A DNA stretch of 64,000 bases. Origin: an uncultured Gammaproteobacteria bacterium (lineage in GTDB: Bacteria > Patescibacteriota > Patescibacteriia > UBA1558 > S5-K13). Below, piece by piece: positions 1 through 9,739 of this stretch. The stretch covers positions 177,302 through 241,301 of the forward strand of contig CAZXFD010000001.1 in the NCBI GenBank assembly GCA_964640635.1. Reading direction: 5' to 3'. The translations under genes were made by a program, and so were the position numbers. The notes under the pieces were generated by a model. That model saw nothing but the letters and a program-made list of their open reading frames with translations. It was not told the DNA's origin and did no database searches. Position 1 is the stretch's first letter; each line of letters opens with the position of its first letter.

Positions 1-48
1 TCATTTTTTTATTATAATTAAAATATAGAAATTAATCAATCATAAAAA

Positions 49-459
49 ATGGAAAAAGATAGAGGTGAACATAGATCATTGATTCTTAGAATTTTGTCTT
101 CCAAGACGTTTTTGTTTATTTTTTTGATTATTACAATATATGCACTACTTAATGTTTACCACAATATCTCTCAAAGAATAAAAGTACAACAAGAAATAAA
201 GAATCTTCAATTAGAAGTAGAAAACTTTCAAAAAGACAATGATAAGCTAGGTAGTTTGATAAAATATTTTCAATCAGAAGAATATGTAGAATCTTCTTCA
301 AGGGAAAAATTGAGCTACAAAAAACCAGGAGAAACGGTAATCGTTTTTAATCATGAACAAAATAGTCAAATAAATACAGATCAATTAGAAAACGGCAAGA
401 AACAAACCAATATTATTTTGTGGTGGAACTATTTTTTTAATAATAATAATGAAAAATAG
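49..459 (+). CDS. Septum formation initiator (FtsB/DivIC-like)
   Basis: One TM helix, coiled coil, then the 'EEYVESSSREKLSYKKPGETV' DivIC motif. Confidence 0.8.
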   Translation: MEKDRGEHRSLILRILSSKTFLFIFLIITIYALLNVYHNISQRIKVQQEIKNLQLEVENFQKDNDKLGSLIKYFQSEEYVESSSREKLSYKKPGETVIVFNHEQNSQINTDQLENGKKQTNIILWWNYFFNNNNEK

Positions 460-1306
460 ACTTATAAAAATCATTTTTGTATTTATGATAATTGTTTTGG
501 CATTTACATGTTTAGATGCTTATTTTTTTTATAATAAAACGTTTGTCGCAAGATTAGTTGAGCACGTCTTTCCCATTCCAGTTGTGTATGGTAATGGAGT
601 ATATATTACATTTAATGAGTATAACGGGTTATATGATTTTTATAAAAAAAATATTTATCCAAACGATCCAGAAATAAGAAAAAATTCTTTAGATTATATG
701 GTTAATATTAAGTTAATGCAAAAAGCTATAAAAGATTATAATATCAAACTTGATGGTACAAAATATAAAGAATTTGAACAAAATTTTTATATTAATAATG
801 GTGTAAAAAAAACATCTGATGATTTCGTAGGCTTTGCAAAATATGTTTTAGAGCCAGCATTTATTGAAAATGCTATTAATTTTGAATTGTCTAAGGACTC
901 TTTTAATCAGGCCAAAAAAGAACAAATGATTGGTATTTATGGAGAGCTTTTAAAAGATGCAAGTCTTTTTGATAAATATGCGGGTGAATATTTTGATAAA
1001 AATATGCTCTTTGGAGATGACCAGATATCTTATTTGCCAAAAAAAGATTTGCCAGAAAATATTCAAGAATCTATAGATGATATGAAAATAAATGATTTTA
1101 CAGAAGTCAAAAAAAGTATTTCAGGTTTTCATATATATAAATTAGTTTCAAAATTAGAGGGTAAAGAGGGGGAAGAGTCTTATTATAAAATACAGCAAAT
1201 TTTTATACCACTTATGAATTTTGATGAATATAGTCAGAATTTAATCAGTAAGTCGGAAATAAAATATTTATTGCCTAACTATGCTACAGCTTCTGTTGGT
1301 GAATAG
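449..1306 (+). CDS. Membrane-anchored SurA/PrsA-like foldase with a degenerate parvulin domain
   Basis: N-terminal TM and a 'TEVKKSISGFHIYKL' parvulin-type motif. Confidence 0.6.
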   Translation: MKNRLIKIIFVFMIIVLAFTCLDAYFFYNKTFVARLVEHVFPIPVVYGNGVYITFNEYNGLYDFYKKNIYPNDPEIRKNSLDYMVNIKLMQKAIKDYNIKLDGTKYKEFEQNFYINNGVKKTSDDFVGFAKYVLEPAFIENAINFELSKDSFNQAKKEQMIGIYGELLKDASLFDKYAGEYFDKNMLFGDDQISYLPKKDLPENIQESIDDMKINDFTEVKKSISGFHIYKLVSKLEGKEGEESYYKIQQIFIPLMNFDEYSQNLISKSEIKYLLPNYATASVGE

Positions 1307-1319
1307 TTGGTAATTTCGT

Positions 1320-1395
1320 GCCGGGATAGCTCAGCTGGTAGAGCAGTGGTATCGTAAACCAAAGATCGCAGGTTCGAATCCTGTTCCCGGCTCCA
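1320..1395 (+). tRNA. tRNA-Thr(CGT)
   Basis: 76-nt cloverleaf: acceptor GCCGGGA/TCCCGGC, D arm GCTC/GAGC, TTCGAAT T loop, anticodon CGT, encoded CCA. Confidence 0.93.
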
Positions 1396-1422
1396 TTATT
1401 ATAAAATTTAGACGTTGAGGTC

Positions 1423-1439
1423 GTCCTGCTAAGCGGGAC
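1423..1439. repeat. GC-rich short palindrome (REP-like family)
   Basis: GTCCTGC-TAA-GCGGGAC. Confidence 0.6.
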
Positions 1440-1517
1440 AGATGGCTCCACTCGAATATAAAATTTAATAAAATAATTTTAGTCAAAAACTTAAAAATGT
1501 AGTAAAATATAGATAGC

Positions 1518-1582
1518 TTTTAGTTGTTAGTATTTAGTATTTAGATTTCTCTAAACTCTAACCCCTAAATTCTAAACCCTAG
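1518..1582. repeat. Inverted heptamer-repeat tract
   Basis: TTAG-type 7-mers followed by CTAA-type 7-mers directly before the ftsE start. Confidence 0.75.
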
Positions 1583-1585
1583 TCC

Positions 1586-2266
1586 ATGATTAAACTCACA
1601 AGTGTTTCAAAATTTTATTCACCAAATGTCTGGGCACTAAGCAAAGTTTCTTTGCAAATACAAGCAGGAGAATTTGTTTCAGTGGTAGGACAATCAGGAA
1701 CCGGCAAAACAACGCTGGCTAAAATTTTGTTTGCAGAAGAGAAGCCTACAGAAGGTGAAATAGTTGTAGGTGGATGGAACATAACCAATATTAAACCAAG
1801 CGAAATTCCATACTTAAGACGTCAAATAGGATTTATATTTCAAGATTTCAAATTACTTCAGCGAAAAAATATTTATGAAAATATTTCTTTTGCAATGGAA
1901 ACTTGTGGCATGGATGCAAAAAAAATAGATTTAATAGTTCCACAAATTTTGAAAATAGTAGGACTTCAAAATAAAAAAGATGCATATCCATATCAATTAT
2001 CAGGTGGAGAGCAACAGAGAGCAGCTATTGCACGCGCACTCGTTCATCAGCCAAAGTTTTTGATAGCAGATGAGCCCACTGGTAATCTAGACTCAATAAA
2101 TACAAGAGAAATCATAGATTTGCTGGTAAGAATAAATAAATTAAATACAACAGTAATGCTCGTTACTCACAATCGCGATGTTGTAAATAGTTTGAATAAA
2201 AGAGTTATAACATTTGAATCAGGAAGAATTATCAGCGATCAAAACAATGGACGCTACATCCTGTAA
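1586..2266 (+). CDS. ftsE: Cell division ATP-binding protein FtsE
   Basis: Walker A GQSGTGKT, LSGGEQQR, ADEPTGNLD, 'IPYLRRQIGFIFQDFKLL'; adjacent to ftsX. Confidence 0.95.
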   Translation: MIKLTSVSKFYSPNVWALSKVSLQIQAGEFVSVVGQSGTGKTTLAKILFAEEKPTEGEIVVGGWNITNIKPSEIPYLRRQIGFIFQDFKLLQRKNIYENISFAMETCGMDAKKIDLIVPQILKIVGLQNKKDAYPYQLSGGEQQRAAIARALVHQPKFLIADEPTGNLDSINTREIIDLLVRINKLNTTVMLVTHNRDVVNSLNKRVITFESGRIISDQNNGRYIL

Positions 2267-2327
2267 TTTATAATTTACAAATAGTAAATCAATTAATAAT
2301 TTCTAAATTGAAAATTGAAAATAATTT

Positions 2328-3248
2328 ATGTTTGTACAATTTACAAGAATACTAAAGTTTGCAATCCAGGGTTTTTTTAGAAACTTCTGGCTTTCTATTG
2401 CAAATGTTACTATTTTGACACTCACTCTTGTTGTTATAAATTTTCTTATAGTATTTAATCTTTTAACAATGAATGCCATTGACCTTGTTAAGGACAAGGT
2501 TGATATAAGCTTATATTTCAAGCAAGATATTAGTACTAACGATATAGAGCAGGTAAAACAAAAAATATCAAAATCTCCGGAAATTAAATCTGTTGAATAT
2601 ATATCATCAGAGAAAGCATTGCAAATTTTTCAAGAAAGACATGATGGAGAAGATATTAATAAAGCTATAGAAGATCTCAAAAAAGAAGATGATCAAATTT
2701 TTGCGGCAAGCATAAAAATAAAAGCAAAAGATGTTGCAATGTATGATCAAATATTAAAAGAGTTAAGAACTAGTCAATACAGCAATCTCTTTGAAATAGA
2801 TGAAAATCAATTTAAAGATTATTCTAGGATTACAGAGAGGCTAAATAGTATTTCATCTAAAGTTGAGCTTGTTGGATATATGGTTTCTTTGATATTTATC
2901 ATAATCACTCTTACGATGGTGTATAATTCTATAAAAATAGCGATATATACACATAGAGATGAAATTTACATAATGAAGCTTGTCGGTGCAAACACTAGTT
3001 TTATAAAAGGACCATTTTTTATAGAAATTTTAATGTCTAATATAATAGCACTTTTGGTGGTAATGGGTATATTTTATGCCTCTGCTGCCATAGCTCAGCC
3101 ATTTATAGATAGATTATTTGAGGGTTATTCGATAAGCTTAATAGGATATTTTAATGAAAATTTTATAGTGATATTTTTAGGGCAACTTATTATAAGCAGT
3201 GTATTTTCTGTATCAAGTAGCTATATTGCAATGAAAAAATACTTATAA
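2328..3248 (+). CDS. ftsX: Cell division permease FtsX
   Basis: Four TM helices with large extracellular loop; 'RDEIYIMKLVGA...FIKGPF'. Confidence 0.93.
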   Translation: MFVQFTRILKFAIQGFFRNFWLSIANVTILTLTLVVINFLIVFNLLTMNAIDLVKDKVDISLYFKQDISTNDIEQVKQKISKSPEIKSVEYISSEKALQIFQERHDGEDINKAIEDLKKEDDQIFAASIKIKAKDVAMYDQILKELRTSQYSNLFEIDENQFKDYSRITERLNSISSKVELVGYMVSLIFIIITLTMVYNSIKIAIYTHRDEIYIMKLVGANTSFIKGPFFIEILMSNIIALLVVMGIFYASAAIAQPFIDRLFEGYSISLIGYFNENFIVIFLGQLIISSVFSVSSSYIAMKKYL

Positions 3249-3272
3249 AGATATTTTTGTTTGATATAATAC

Positions 3273-3304
3273 AAAAAACATCCCACTAAATGAGATGTTT
3301 TTTT
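3273..3304. terminator. Bidirectional intrinsic terminator between ftsX and rpmA
   Basis: AAAAAACATC..GATGTTTTTT hairpin between convergent genes. Confidence 0.7.
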
Positions 3305-3330
3305 AAATAAAGTTATTTGTAGTCCAGATA

Positions 3331-3609
3331 TTATTTTGTTTTTACAGCAACGAAACCACGTTGTTTGATTTTGCCATCAAAGGCTTTTACTTTCTTTTTG
3401 GAAAATTTGATTACCCCAGCTTTTTTTGCATAAAGAGTATCATCAGATCCTCTTGCTACATTTTCTCCGGGATGATATTTTGTACCACGTTGTTTTATGA
3501 TAACTTGACCAGCTCTTGTTGTTTGGCCGTTTTGAAGTTTTACGCCCAGTCTTTTTGCTTTGGAATCTCGTCCCAGCGAGGTGGATCCACCAGCTTTTTT
3601 ATGTGCCAT
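3331..3609 (-). CDS. rpmA: 50S ribosomal protein L27
   Basis: [16 protein letters not shown]...RLGVK. Confidence 0.98.
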   Translation of the reverse strand: MAHKKAGGSTSLGRDSKAKRLGVKLQNGQTTRAGQVIIKQRGTKYHPGENVARGSDDTLYAKKAGVIKFSKKKVKAFDGKIKQRGFVAVKTK

Positions 3610-3694
3610 ATGATTAGTTTTTTAGAGTTTAGGCTTTAGTATTTGAAAACACTATAGACCAGCAACCTTTTTAATTTAAATTATTACTTTTCAA

Positions 3695-3722
3695 AGTATA
3701 TCAGAAACTACATAATTGTCAA
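3695..3722 (-). promoter_or_regulatory. sigma70 promoter for rpmA
   Basis: TTGACA-16-TATACT on the minus strand. Confidence 0.7.
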
Positions 3723-3896
3723 GGATTTTTTGTATATTTGTTGGATAAATAGCTTGTTTTATGGTGTTTTTGTTGACTCTAAGTCTTTCAAGTGGTAATA
3801 TATTATATATGATTAGAGTTTAAAAACCTTATTTTTTCATAAAATAATCATATTTTTTTGACCCCAATCATCTAATTTCCTAATCTTACTAATTAT

Positions 3897-4349
3897 ATGT
3901 ATTCCAAACAAGTATTAAAACATTTTCAAAGCCCAAAAAATCAAGGAAAGTTATTAAATCCAGATGCCGTTGGTCAGGTGGGTAATCCTGTTTGTGGAGA
4001 TATAATGAAGTTATATTTGAAAATAGACAAGAACAAGACAGATATAGGAAAAAGTAAAATACAAAGTATTAAATTTGAAACACTCGGTTGTGGAGCAGCA
4101 ATAGCATGTTCATCGGTAGTTACTGAAATTGCAAAGGGAAAAACCTTAGATTATGGACTTAATTTAGATAAAAAATTTGTATTAAAAGAACTTGGTGGTT
4201 TACCAGAAACAAAAGTTCATTGTTCAATGCTTTCTATTGAGGCGCTTAAAAAGGCAATTAATTCATATTTACAAAAAAATGATAGTTCAAAAAAAGATAG
4301 TCAAAAAATTAGTAAAAAATCCATTACTAGACCCAAAGTTAAAAAATAA
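3897..4349 (+). CDS. iscU: Fe-S scaffold IscU/NifU-N
   Basis: GNPVCGD, GCGAAIA, KVHCS motifs. Confidence 0.92.
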   Translation: MYSKQVLKHFQSPKNQGKLLNPDAVGQVGNPVCGDIMKLYLKIDKNKTDIGKSKIQSIKFETLGCGAAIACSSVVTEIAKGKTLDYGLNLDKKFVLKELGGLPETKVHCSMLSIEALKKAINSYLQKNDSSKKDSQKISKKSITRPKVKK

Positions 4350-4542
4350 AATAAATCAAATAAGAAAAATGCTCCAATTAGATGGAGGAGATTTGAAAGT
4401 AGTTGATTTTACAAAAAATGTTTTGAGTATAGAGTTGTTGGGAGTTTGTTCTCATTGTCCTATGGCGGAGATAACTATATCTGGATTTATTCAAGAAGAG
4501 CTTCAAAAAGTCATTCCAAAAATAAAAATTAAAAGAGTCTAA
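4279..4542 (+). CDS. NifU C-terminal/Nfu domain protein
   Basis: 'LQLDGGD...LLGVCSHCPMA' Nfu motif; start moved to the ATG at 4279. Confidence 0.85.
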   Translation: MIVQKKIVKKLVKNPLLDPKLKNKINQIRKMLQLDGGDLKVVDFTKNVLSIELLGVCSHCPMAEITISGFIQEELQKVIPKIKIKRV

Positions 4543-4554
4543 TTTTATATTATT

Positions 4555-5724
4555 ATGAAATTAAAAAAAATATATTTTGATAATGCGGCTACAACAGAGA
4601 TAGACAAAGATGTTCTTAAGTCAATGATGCCATATTTTTCAAATTATTTTGGAAACCCATCTTCTATACATTCTTTTGGGCAAAGAGCAGAGGGAGCCGT
4701 GCTTAGATCAAGGGACGTAATTGCAAAATTTTTAAATTGTAAGTCCAACGAAATTATTTTTACATCGGGTGCAACAGAAAGCAATAATACTATTTTAAAA
4801 GGTATTTTTTTTGATTTTAAGGGACATCTTATTACGACAGCTTTTGAACACCCATCCGTCTTAGAAACAGCAAAATATTTACAAAAAAATGGTGTAGAGG
4901 TAGATTTTGTTTTCCCTGAAAAAAATGGAATTATAGATTATAAAAAAGTTTTATCATTTATAAAAAGCAATACAAGGCTTATTTCAATAATGTATGTTAA
5001 TAATGAAATAGGAACTATACAGCCCGTTGCAAAAATTGGTAAAAAATTAAGAGAAATAAATCAGAGTAGAAAAGATAGGGTTTTTATGCATACCGATGCT
5101 GTACAGGCTACATATTTCTTGCAAATGAATGTAGAGAGACTATATGTTGACCTTATGTCTATTTCTTCTCACAAAATATATGGACCAAAAGGAGTAGGCG
5201 CTTTTTATGTAAGAAAAGAAGCAAAATTAAAACCCTTTATTCATGGTGGCCATCAAGAATATGGTTTGAGAGCAGGCACCTTGAATGTGCCAGCAATAGT
5301 GGGTTTTGCTAAGGCAATAGAGCTTATATCTAATAAATCTCATAAAGTAAATGTATTAAAAATACAGAAAATAAGAGATTATCTTATAAAGGAGGTACTT
5401 AAAATAGATATGGTTAGTTTGAGTGGAGATAGCGCACTAAGAGTTCCAAATAATGCGAATTTCTTGTTTAAGAATATCGAGGGAGAGAGCTTACTTCTCA
5501 AATTAGATATGGGTGGAATTTCTTGTTCAACTGGATCTGCTTGTGCGTCAGGATCTCTTAGTCCATCACATGTTTTATTGTCAATGGGAATAAAACCAGA
5601 AGATGCCCATGGATCTTTGAGGATTTCTTTGGGTAAATATAATGAAATGGAAGAAGTAAAGTATTTTGTTTCAAATTTAGAAAAGATAGTAAAAGAATTG
5701 AGAGGATATTCACCGCTAAAATAA
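4555..5724 (+). CDS. iscS: Cysteine desulfurase IscS/NifS
   Basis: YFDNAATT, SSHKIYGPKG, STGSACASG. Confidence 0.95.
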   Translation: MKLKKIYFDNAATTEIDKDVLKSMMPYFSNYFGNPSSIHSFGQRAEGAVLRSRDVIAKFLNCKSNEIIFTSGATESNNTILKGIFFDFKGHLITTAFEHPSVLETAKYLQKNGVEVDFVFPEKNGIIDYKKVLSFIKSNTRLISIMYVNNEIGTIQPVAKIGKKLREINQSRKDRVFMHTDAVQATYFLQMNVERLYVDLMSISSHKIYGPKGVGAFYVRKEAKLKPFIHGGHQEYGLRAGTLNVPAIVGFAKAIELISNKSHKVNVLKIQKIRDYLIKEVLKIDMVSLSGDSALRVPNNANFLFKNIEGESLLLKLDMGGISCSTGSACASGSLSPSHVLLSMGIKPEDAHGSLRISLGKYNEMEEVKYFVSNLEKIVKELRGYSPLK

Positions 5725-5728
5725 TGGT

Positions 5729-6097
5729 ATGATGTATTTTAAGGATAAATGGAAAATTTTTTTTACAAATAGAATAGTTACTAAATTTTTATTAGCTTTT
5801 TTATTGCTAAATGTTGTAATGGGATTTATGCTATATAGATTTGTAGATTTTTCAAAAGATTCTTATGTGTTGCATTATAATTACTATTTTGGAATAGATC
5901 TTTTGGGCGCCTCAAATAATCTAATTTATGTTGTAGTAGGATCTTTATTTTTGATGATCGTAAATATAATTATTGCTTTTGGAGTTTTTTCTAGAAAAAA
6001 TAATTTTTTTATATCAAATATTATATTATCAGTATCTTTGTTTATTGATTTAGAAATATTATTTTATTTAATTCAAATTATTAAATTAGAATATTAA
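5729..6097 (+). CDS. Small membrane protein
   Basis: Three TM helices and an 'LHYNYYFGID' motif; abuts mraY. Confidence 0.7.
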   Translation: MMYFKDKWKIFFTNRIVTKFLLAFLLLNVVMGFMLYRFVDFSKDSYVLHYNYYFGIDLLGASNNLIYVVVGSLFLMIVNIIIAFGVFSRKNNFFISNIILSVSLFIDLEILFYLIQIIKLEY

Positions 6098-6098
6098 T

Positions 6099-7139
6099 AT
6101 GTTTATTATAAAAATTTTTGTACTCACAACCCTTTCTTTTTTTGTGGCTTTTTTTATTACACCATTTATTACAAATATTTTATATAAATATAAACTTGGA
6201 AAACAGATAAGAGATGAGGGGTCTGCTCCAATTTTTTTTAGTTTACATAAAAAAAAAGCAGGTACTCCAACTATGGGAGGTATTATTATTTGGCTTACGA
6301 TGATTATTGTAATGGTTTTGTGTTATTTTATTTTTATATTTTTCCCAGAGAGCAAATTATCATCACTAAACTTTTTTTCTAGATCTCAAACATTGTTGCC
6401 ACTTGGAGTATTTATTGCATCAGCACTTGTTGGGTTATTAGATGATTATCTTGGTGTTAGAAAAATCGGTGAAAAAGGGGGTGGATTATCTATGAAATAC
6501 AAGCTTATTATTTATTTTGCTATAGCCACTATTGGTGCATTGTGGTTTTATTTTAAACTTGATTGGGATGTGCTTCATATTCCATTTGTTGGAAATTTCA
6601 ATATTGGGTGGTGGATTATTCCTATTTTTACTTTTGTTGTTGCGTCAACATCTTTTTCTGTAAATGAAACAGATGGACTAGATGGTCTTGTTGGAGGTTT
6701 GCTTCTTATCTGTTTTGCGGGGCTCGGGGTCATTTGTTTTTCTCAAGGAAAATATGATTTGGCAGCATTTTGTGGAGTAATAGTTGGATCTCTTATAACA
6801 TTTTTATGGTTTAACATACCACCAGCTCGTTTTTTTATGGGGGATACTGGATCTATGAGTCTTGGAATAACTCTTGGAATTATAGCAATGCTTACAAATA
6901 CACTTATTTATCTCCCAGTTATTGCATTTATTTTTATATTAGAATCATTGTCTGTGATAGTTCAGATGACTTCAAAAAAAATAAGAAAAGGAAAGAAAAT
7001 ATTTCAATCCACTCCAATTCACCATCACCTTGAAGCTATTGGATGGCCAGAGTCAAAAATTGTAATGAGGTCATGGCTCTTGGGAGGGGTTTTGATGGTT
7101 ATAACGCTTATTGTATATATGTTTGATAAGGGCATCTAA
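6099..7139 (+). CDS. mraY: Phospho-N-acetylmuramoyl-pentapeptide transferase
   Basis: KAGTPTMGG, NETDGLDGL, FMGDTGS, PIHHH. Confidence 0.97.
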   Translation: MFIIKIFVLTTLSFFVAFFITPFITNILYKYKLGKQIRDEGSAPIFFSLHKKKAGTPTMGGIIIWLTMIIVMVLCYFIFIFFPESKLSSLNFFSRSQTLLPLGVFIASALVGLLDDYLGVRKIGEKGGGLSMKYKLIIYFAIATIGALWFYFKLDWDVLHIPFVGNFNIGWWIIPIFTFVVASTSFSVNETDGLDGLVGGLLLICFAGLGVICFSQGKYDLAAFCGVIVGSLITFLWFNIPPARFFMGDTGSMSLGITLGIIAMLTNTLIYLPVIAFIFILESLSVIVQMTSKKIRKGKKIFQSTPIHHHLEAIGWPESKIVMRSWLLGGVLMVITLIVYMFDKGI

Positions 7140-7264
7140 GATATTTATAATTTACTATTTTTAATTTAGCAATTGATTCATTATTTAAATATTGTGTAAT
7201 TGGAATTGAAAATAGTAAATAGAAATTCAATTGAAAATTGTGAATAGTAAATAGAAAATAATTT
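7140..7264. repeat. AT-rich heptamer tract with inverted halves
   Basis: Repeated AATTGAA/AATAGTA/AATAGAA units in the mraY-murD spacer. Confidence 0.65.
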
Positions 7265-8596
7265 ATGTTGGATTTTAAAGGTAAAAAAGTTTTAATAATG
7301 GGATTAGGAACTATAGGAAAGGGTCTAAAGGATGCTTTATTTTTTCGAGAGCATGGTGCAATAGTTACAGTTTGTGATCTAAAAACAGTAAATGAATTAG
7401 GTGCTTCAATAGATGAATTAAAAAAATATAAAGATATTATATTGCATTTAGGACCACACCTTGAGTCTGATTTTATAGAAAATGATATTATAGTTAGAAA
7501 TCCAGATGTGAGATATGACTCTCCATTTTTGGCAATTGCACGACAAAACAACAAAAAGATTATCATGGACGAATCATATGCAGTCACACTTACAGATGCA
7601 ACTGTTATTGGTATTACAGGCACACGTGGAAAAACTACTACAACAACCCTTATTTATGAAATTTTAAAGAAAGCTGGATACGATGTATACATCTCAGGCA
7701 ATATTAGGGGGACTGCAACACTGCCACTTTTAGATAAATTAACAAAAAATTCTTATCTTGTTTTGGAATTATCTTCTTGGCAATTACAAGGTTTCGGGGA
7801 AGAAAAAACTTCTCCAGATTATTCTATTATCACAAATATTTATGAAGATCATTTAAATCGTGGCGGAGGAATGGATAATTATGTCGCTGATAAAAAGAAT
7901 ATTTATAAATATCAAGTCGAGTCAGATTTTTTATTTTTAAATAATGAAAAACAAGATAAATATCACACAGATTTTAAACAGGAAGCAAAATCTAAAATAA
8001 TATTTTTTTCTAAAAATGATTTAATTAATTATAAAACAAATCTTTTTGGTGATCATAATTTAGAAAATATTGCTGCGGCACGAGCACTTTGTATAGAGCT
8101 TGGAGTTGATGAGGGTATTATAAGAGGTGTTGTAGAGAATTTTATGCCAGTTGAATTTAGGTTAGAGAAAATTAGAGAAATAAATGGAGTTATTTTTATA
8201 AACGATGCAGCAAGTACTGCTCCTATTGCTGGAGTAAAAGCGCTCGAGGCTTTTGGTGATAAAGTACTTTTAATCTGTGGAGGAGCAACAAAGGGCTTGC
8301 CAATTGATGATTTTGCAAAAACAATTTGTGATCATTCAAAGCACGTCGCGCTCCTTAGCGGGACAGAAACAGAGGGTTTAAAAAACAAGATAAAAGAATT
8401 TGGTGGTGAAAATTTGATAATAGGTGTATTTGATAATTTTGAGATGGCTGTAGAGACTTTATATAAAAAAGCAAAGAGTGGTGATATTATTTTACTTTCT
8501 CCTGGATGTGCAAGCTTTGGTATGTTTAAGAATGAATTTGATAGGGGAGAACAGTTTAATAAGATTGTTAATGCGTTAATAGATAATTCAAAATGA
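7265..8596 (+). CDS. murD: UDP-MurNAc-L-Ala:D-Glu ligase
   Basis: GITGTRGKTTT, LELSSWQL, LLSPGCASFGMF. Confidence 0.95.
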   Translation: MLDFKGKKVLIMGLGTIGKGLKDALFFREHGAIVTVCDLKTVNELGASIDELKKYKDIILHLGPHLESDFIENDIIVRNPDVRYDSPFLAIARQNNKKIIMDESYAVTLTDATVIGITGTRGKTTTTTLIYEILKKAGYDVYISGNIRGTATLPLLDKLTKNSYLVLELSSWQLQGFGEEKTSPDYSIITNIYEDHLNRGGGMDNYVADKKNIYKYQVESDFLFLNNEKQDKYHTDFKQEAKSKIIFFSKNDLINYKTNLFGDHNLENIAAARALCIELGVDEGIIRGVVENFMPVEFRLEKIREINGVIFINDAASTAPIAGVKALEAFGDKVLLICGGATKGLPIDDFAKTICDHSKHVALLSGTETEGLKNKIKEFGGENLIIGVFDNFEMAVETLYKKAKSGDIILLSPGCASFGMFKNEFDRGEQFNKIVNALIDNSK

Positions 8597-9735
8597 GAAG
8601 ATTAAAAAGATTAATAGCTAGCTTGTTTCAATCAGAGAGTAGGGAGCATGAACCTAATTATTCCTTTGTAATTTTGACGGGGATAATATTGATTTTTGGA
8701 CTTTTGATGCTTATGTCTGCTTCATCGGTTTTTTCTTATAGAAAATTTGGAACTTCTTATCATATGTTTTGGCACCAAGTTCTATATGGATTTATTCCTG
8801 GCATAGTGGCTTTTTATATTTTTTCTAGAATTGATTATAGAAAATGGAAAAAATTTTCTTCTTTGTTGTTGTTTTTTTCCTTATTATTATTAATTACAGT
8901 TTTCATTCCAGGCGTTGGAAGAGTTTATAATGGTTCTCGTAGCTGGGTTAATATCTTTGGTTTTCAATTTCAACCAGCTGAAATAGTTAAACTTACATTT
9001 ATTTTGTATTTGGCATCTTGGATTGATAGTAGAGGAGAAAAAATCAAAGAATTTTATGATGGTTTTGTTCCATTTTTATGTGTATTGGGGTCTATAGTGC
9101 TTTTGATATTTTTACAGCCAGATTTTGGGACAATGGCAATAATTATATTTATATCACTTATATGTTTTTTTATTGGAGAAGGAAATTTGAAACATATTTC
9201 ATATTTAATATTTCTTTTTATGGGCTTAGCTCTTGTTGCTGTAAAAATGGCCCCATATAGATTATCTAGATTTTTAGTTTTTTTAAATCCAAATATAGAC
9301 ATGAGAGGAGCGGGATATCATTTGAATCAAGCGCTCATTGCCGTTGGTTCTGGTGGTATATTTGGACTTGGGCTTGGACAATCAAGGCAAAAATATGGAT
9401 ATTTACCAGAAGTATCGGGGGATTCAATATTTGCTATTATGGCTGAAGAAATTGGTTTTATTTTATGTTTGTTGTTTATATTTTTAGTATTCTTATTAGT
9501 TTCTCAGGGCATAAAACTTGCAAGAAGTTGCAATGATAAATATTCTCGAGTTCTTGTTTCTGGAATTATTGTCTGGATTGGATTTCAGAGTTTTATAAAT
9601 ATTGGATCTGTAATAGGACTTATGCCAATGACAGGGGTGCCACTTCCATTTGTGAGTTATGGTGGTACGGCTATGATTATAAATCTTGCTGCGATGGGAA
9701 TATTGTTTAATGTTTCTAAATTTATTAGGATTTAA
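8593..9735 (+). CDS. ftsW: SEDS peptidoglycan polymerase FtsW
   Basis: QPAEIVK, QPDFGT, GVPLPFVSYGG; lies between murD and murG. Confidence 0.93.
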   Translation: MRRLKRLIASLFQSESREHEPNYSFVILTGIILIFGLLMLMSASSVFSYRKFGTSYHMFWHQVLYGFIPGIVAFYIFSRIDYRKWKKFSSLLLFFSLLLLITVFIPGVGRVYNGSRSWVNIFGFQFQPAEIVKLTFILYLASWIDSRGEKIKEFYDGFVPFLCVLGSIVLLIFLQPDFGTMAIIIFISLICFFIGEGNLKHISYLIFLFMGLALVAVKMAPYRLSRFLVFLNPNIDMRGAGYHLNQALIAVGSGGIFGLGLGQSRQKYGYLPEVSGDSIFAIMAEEIGFILCLLFIFLVFLLVSQGIKLARSCNDKYSRVLVSGIIVWIGFQSFINIGSVIGLMPMTGVPLPFVSYGGTAMIINLAAMGILFNVSKFIRI

Positions 9736-9739
9736 AATT

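Noticed and set aside
1445-1451. GGCTCCA copy of the tRNA 3' end as an att site
   Set aside because: Only 7 bp, about 55 nt from the tRNA, and no integrase in the window.
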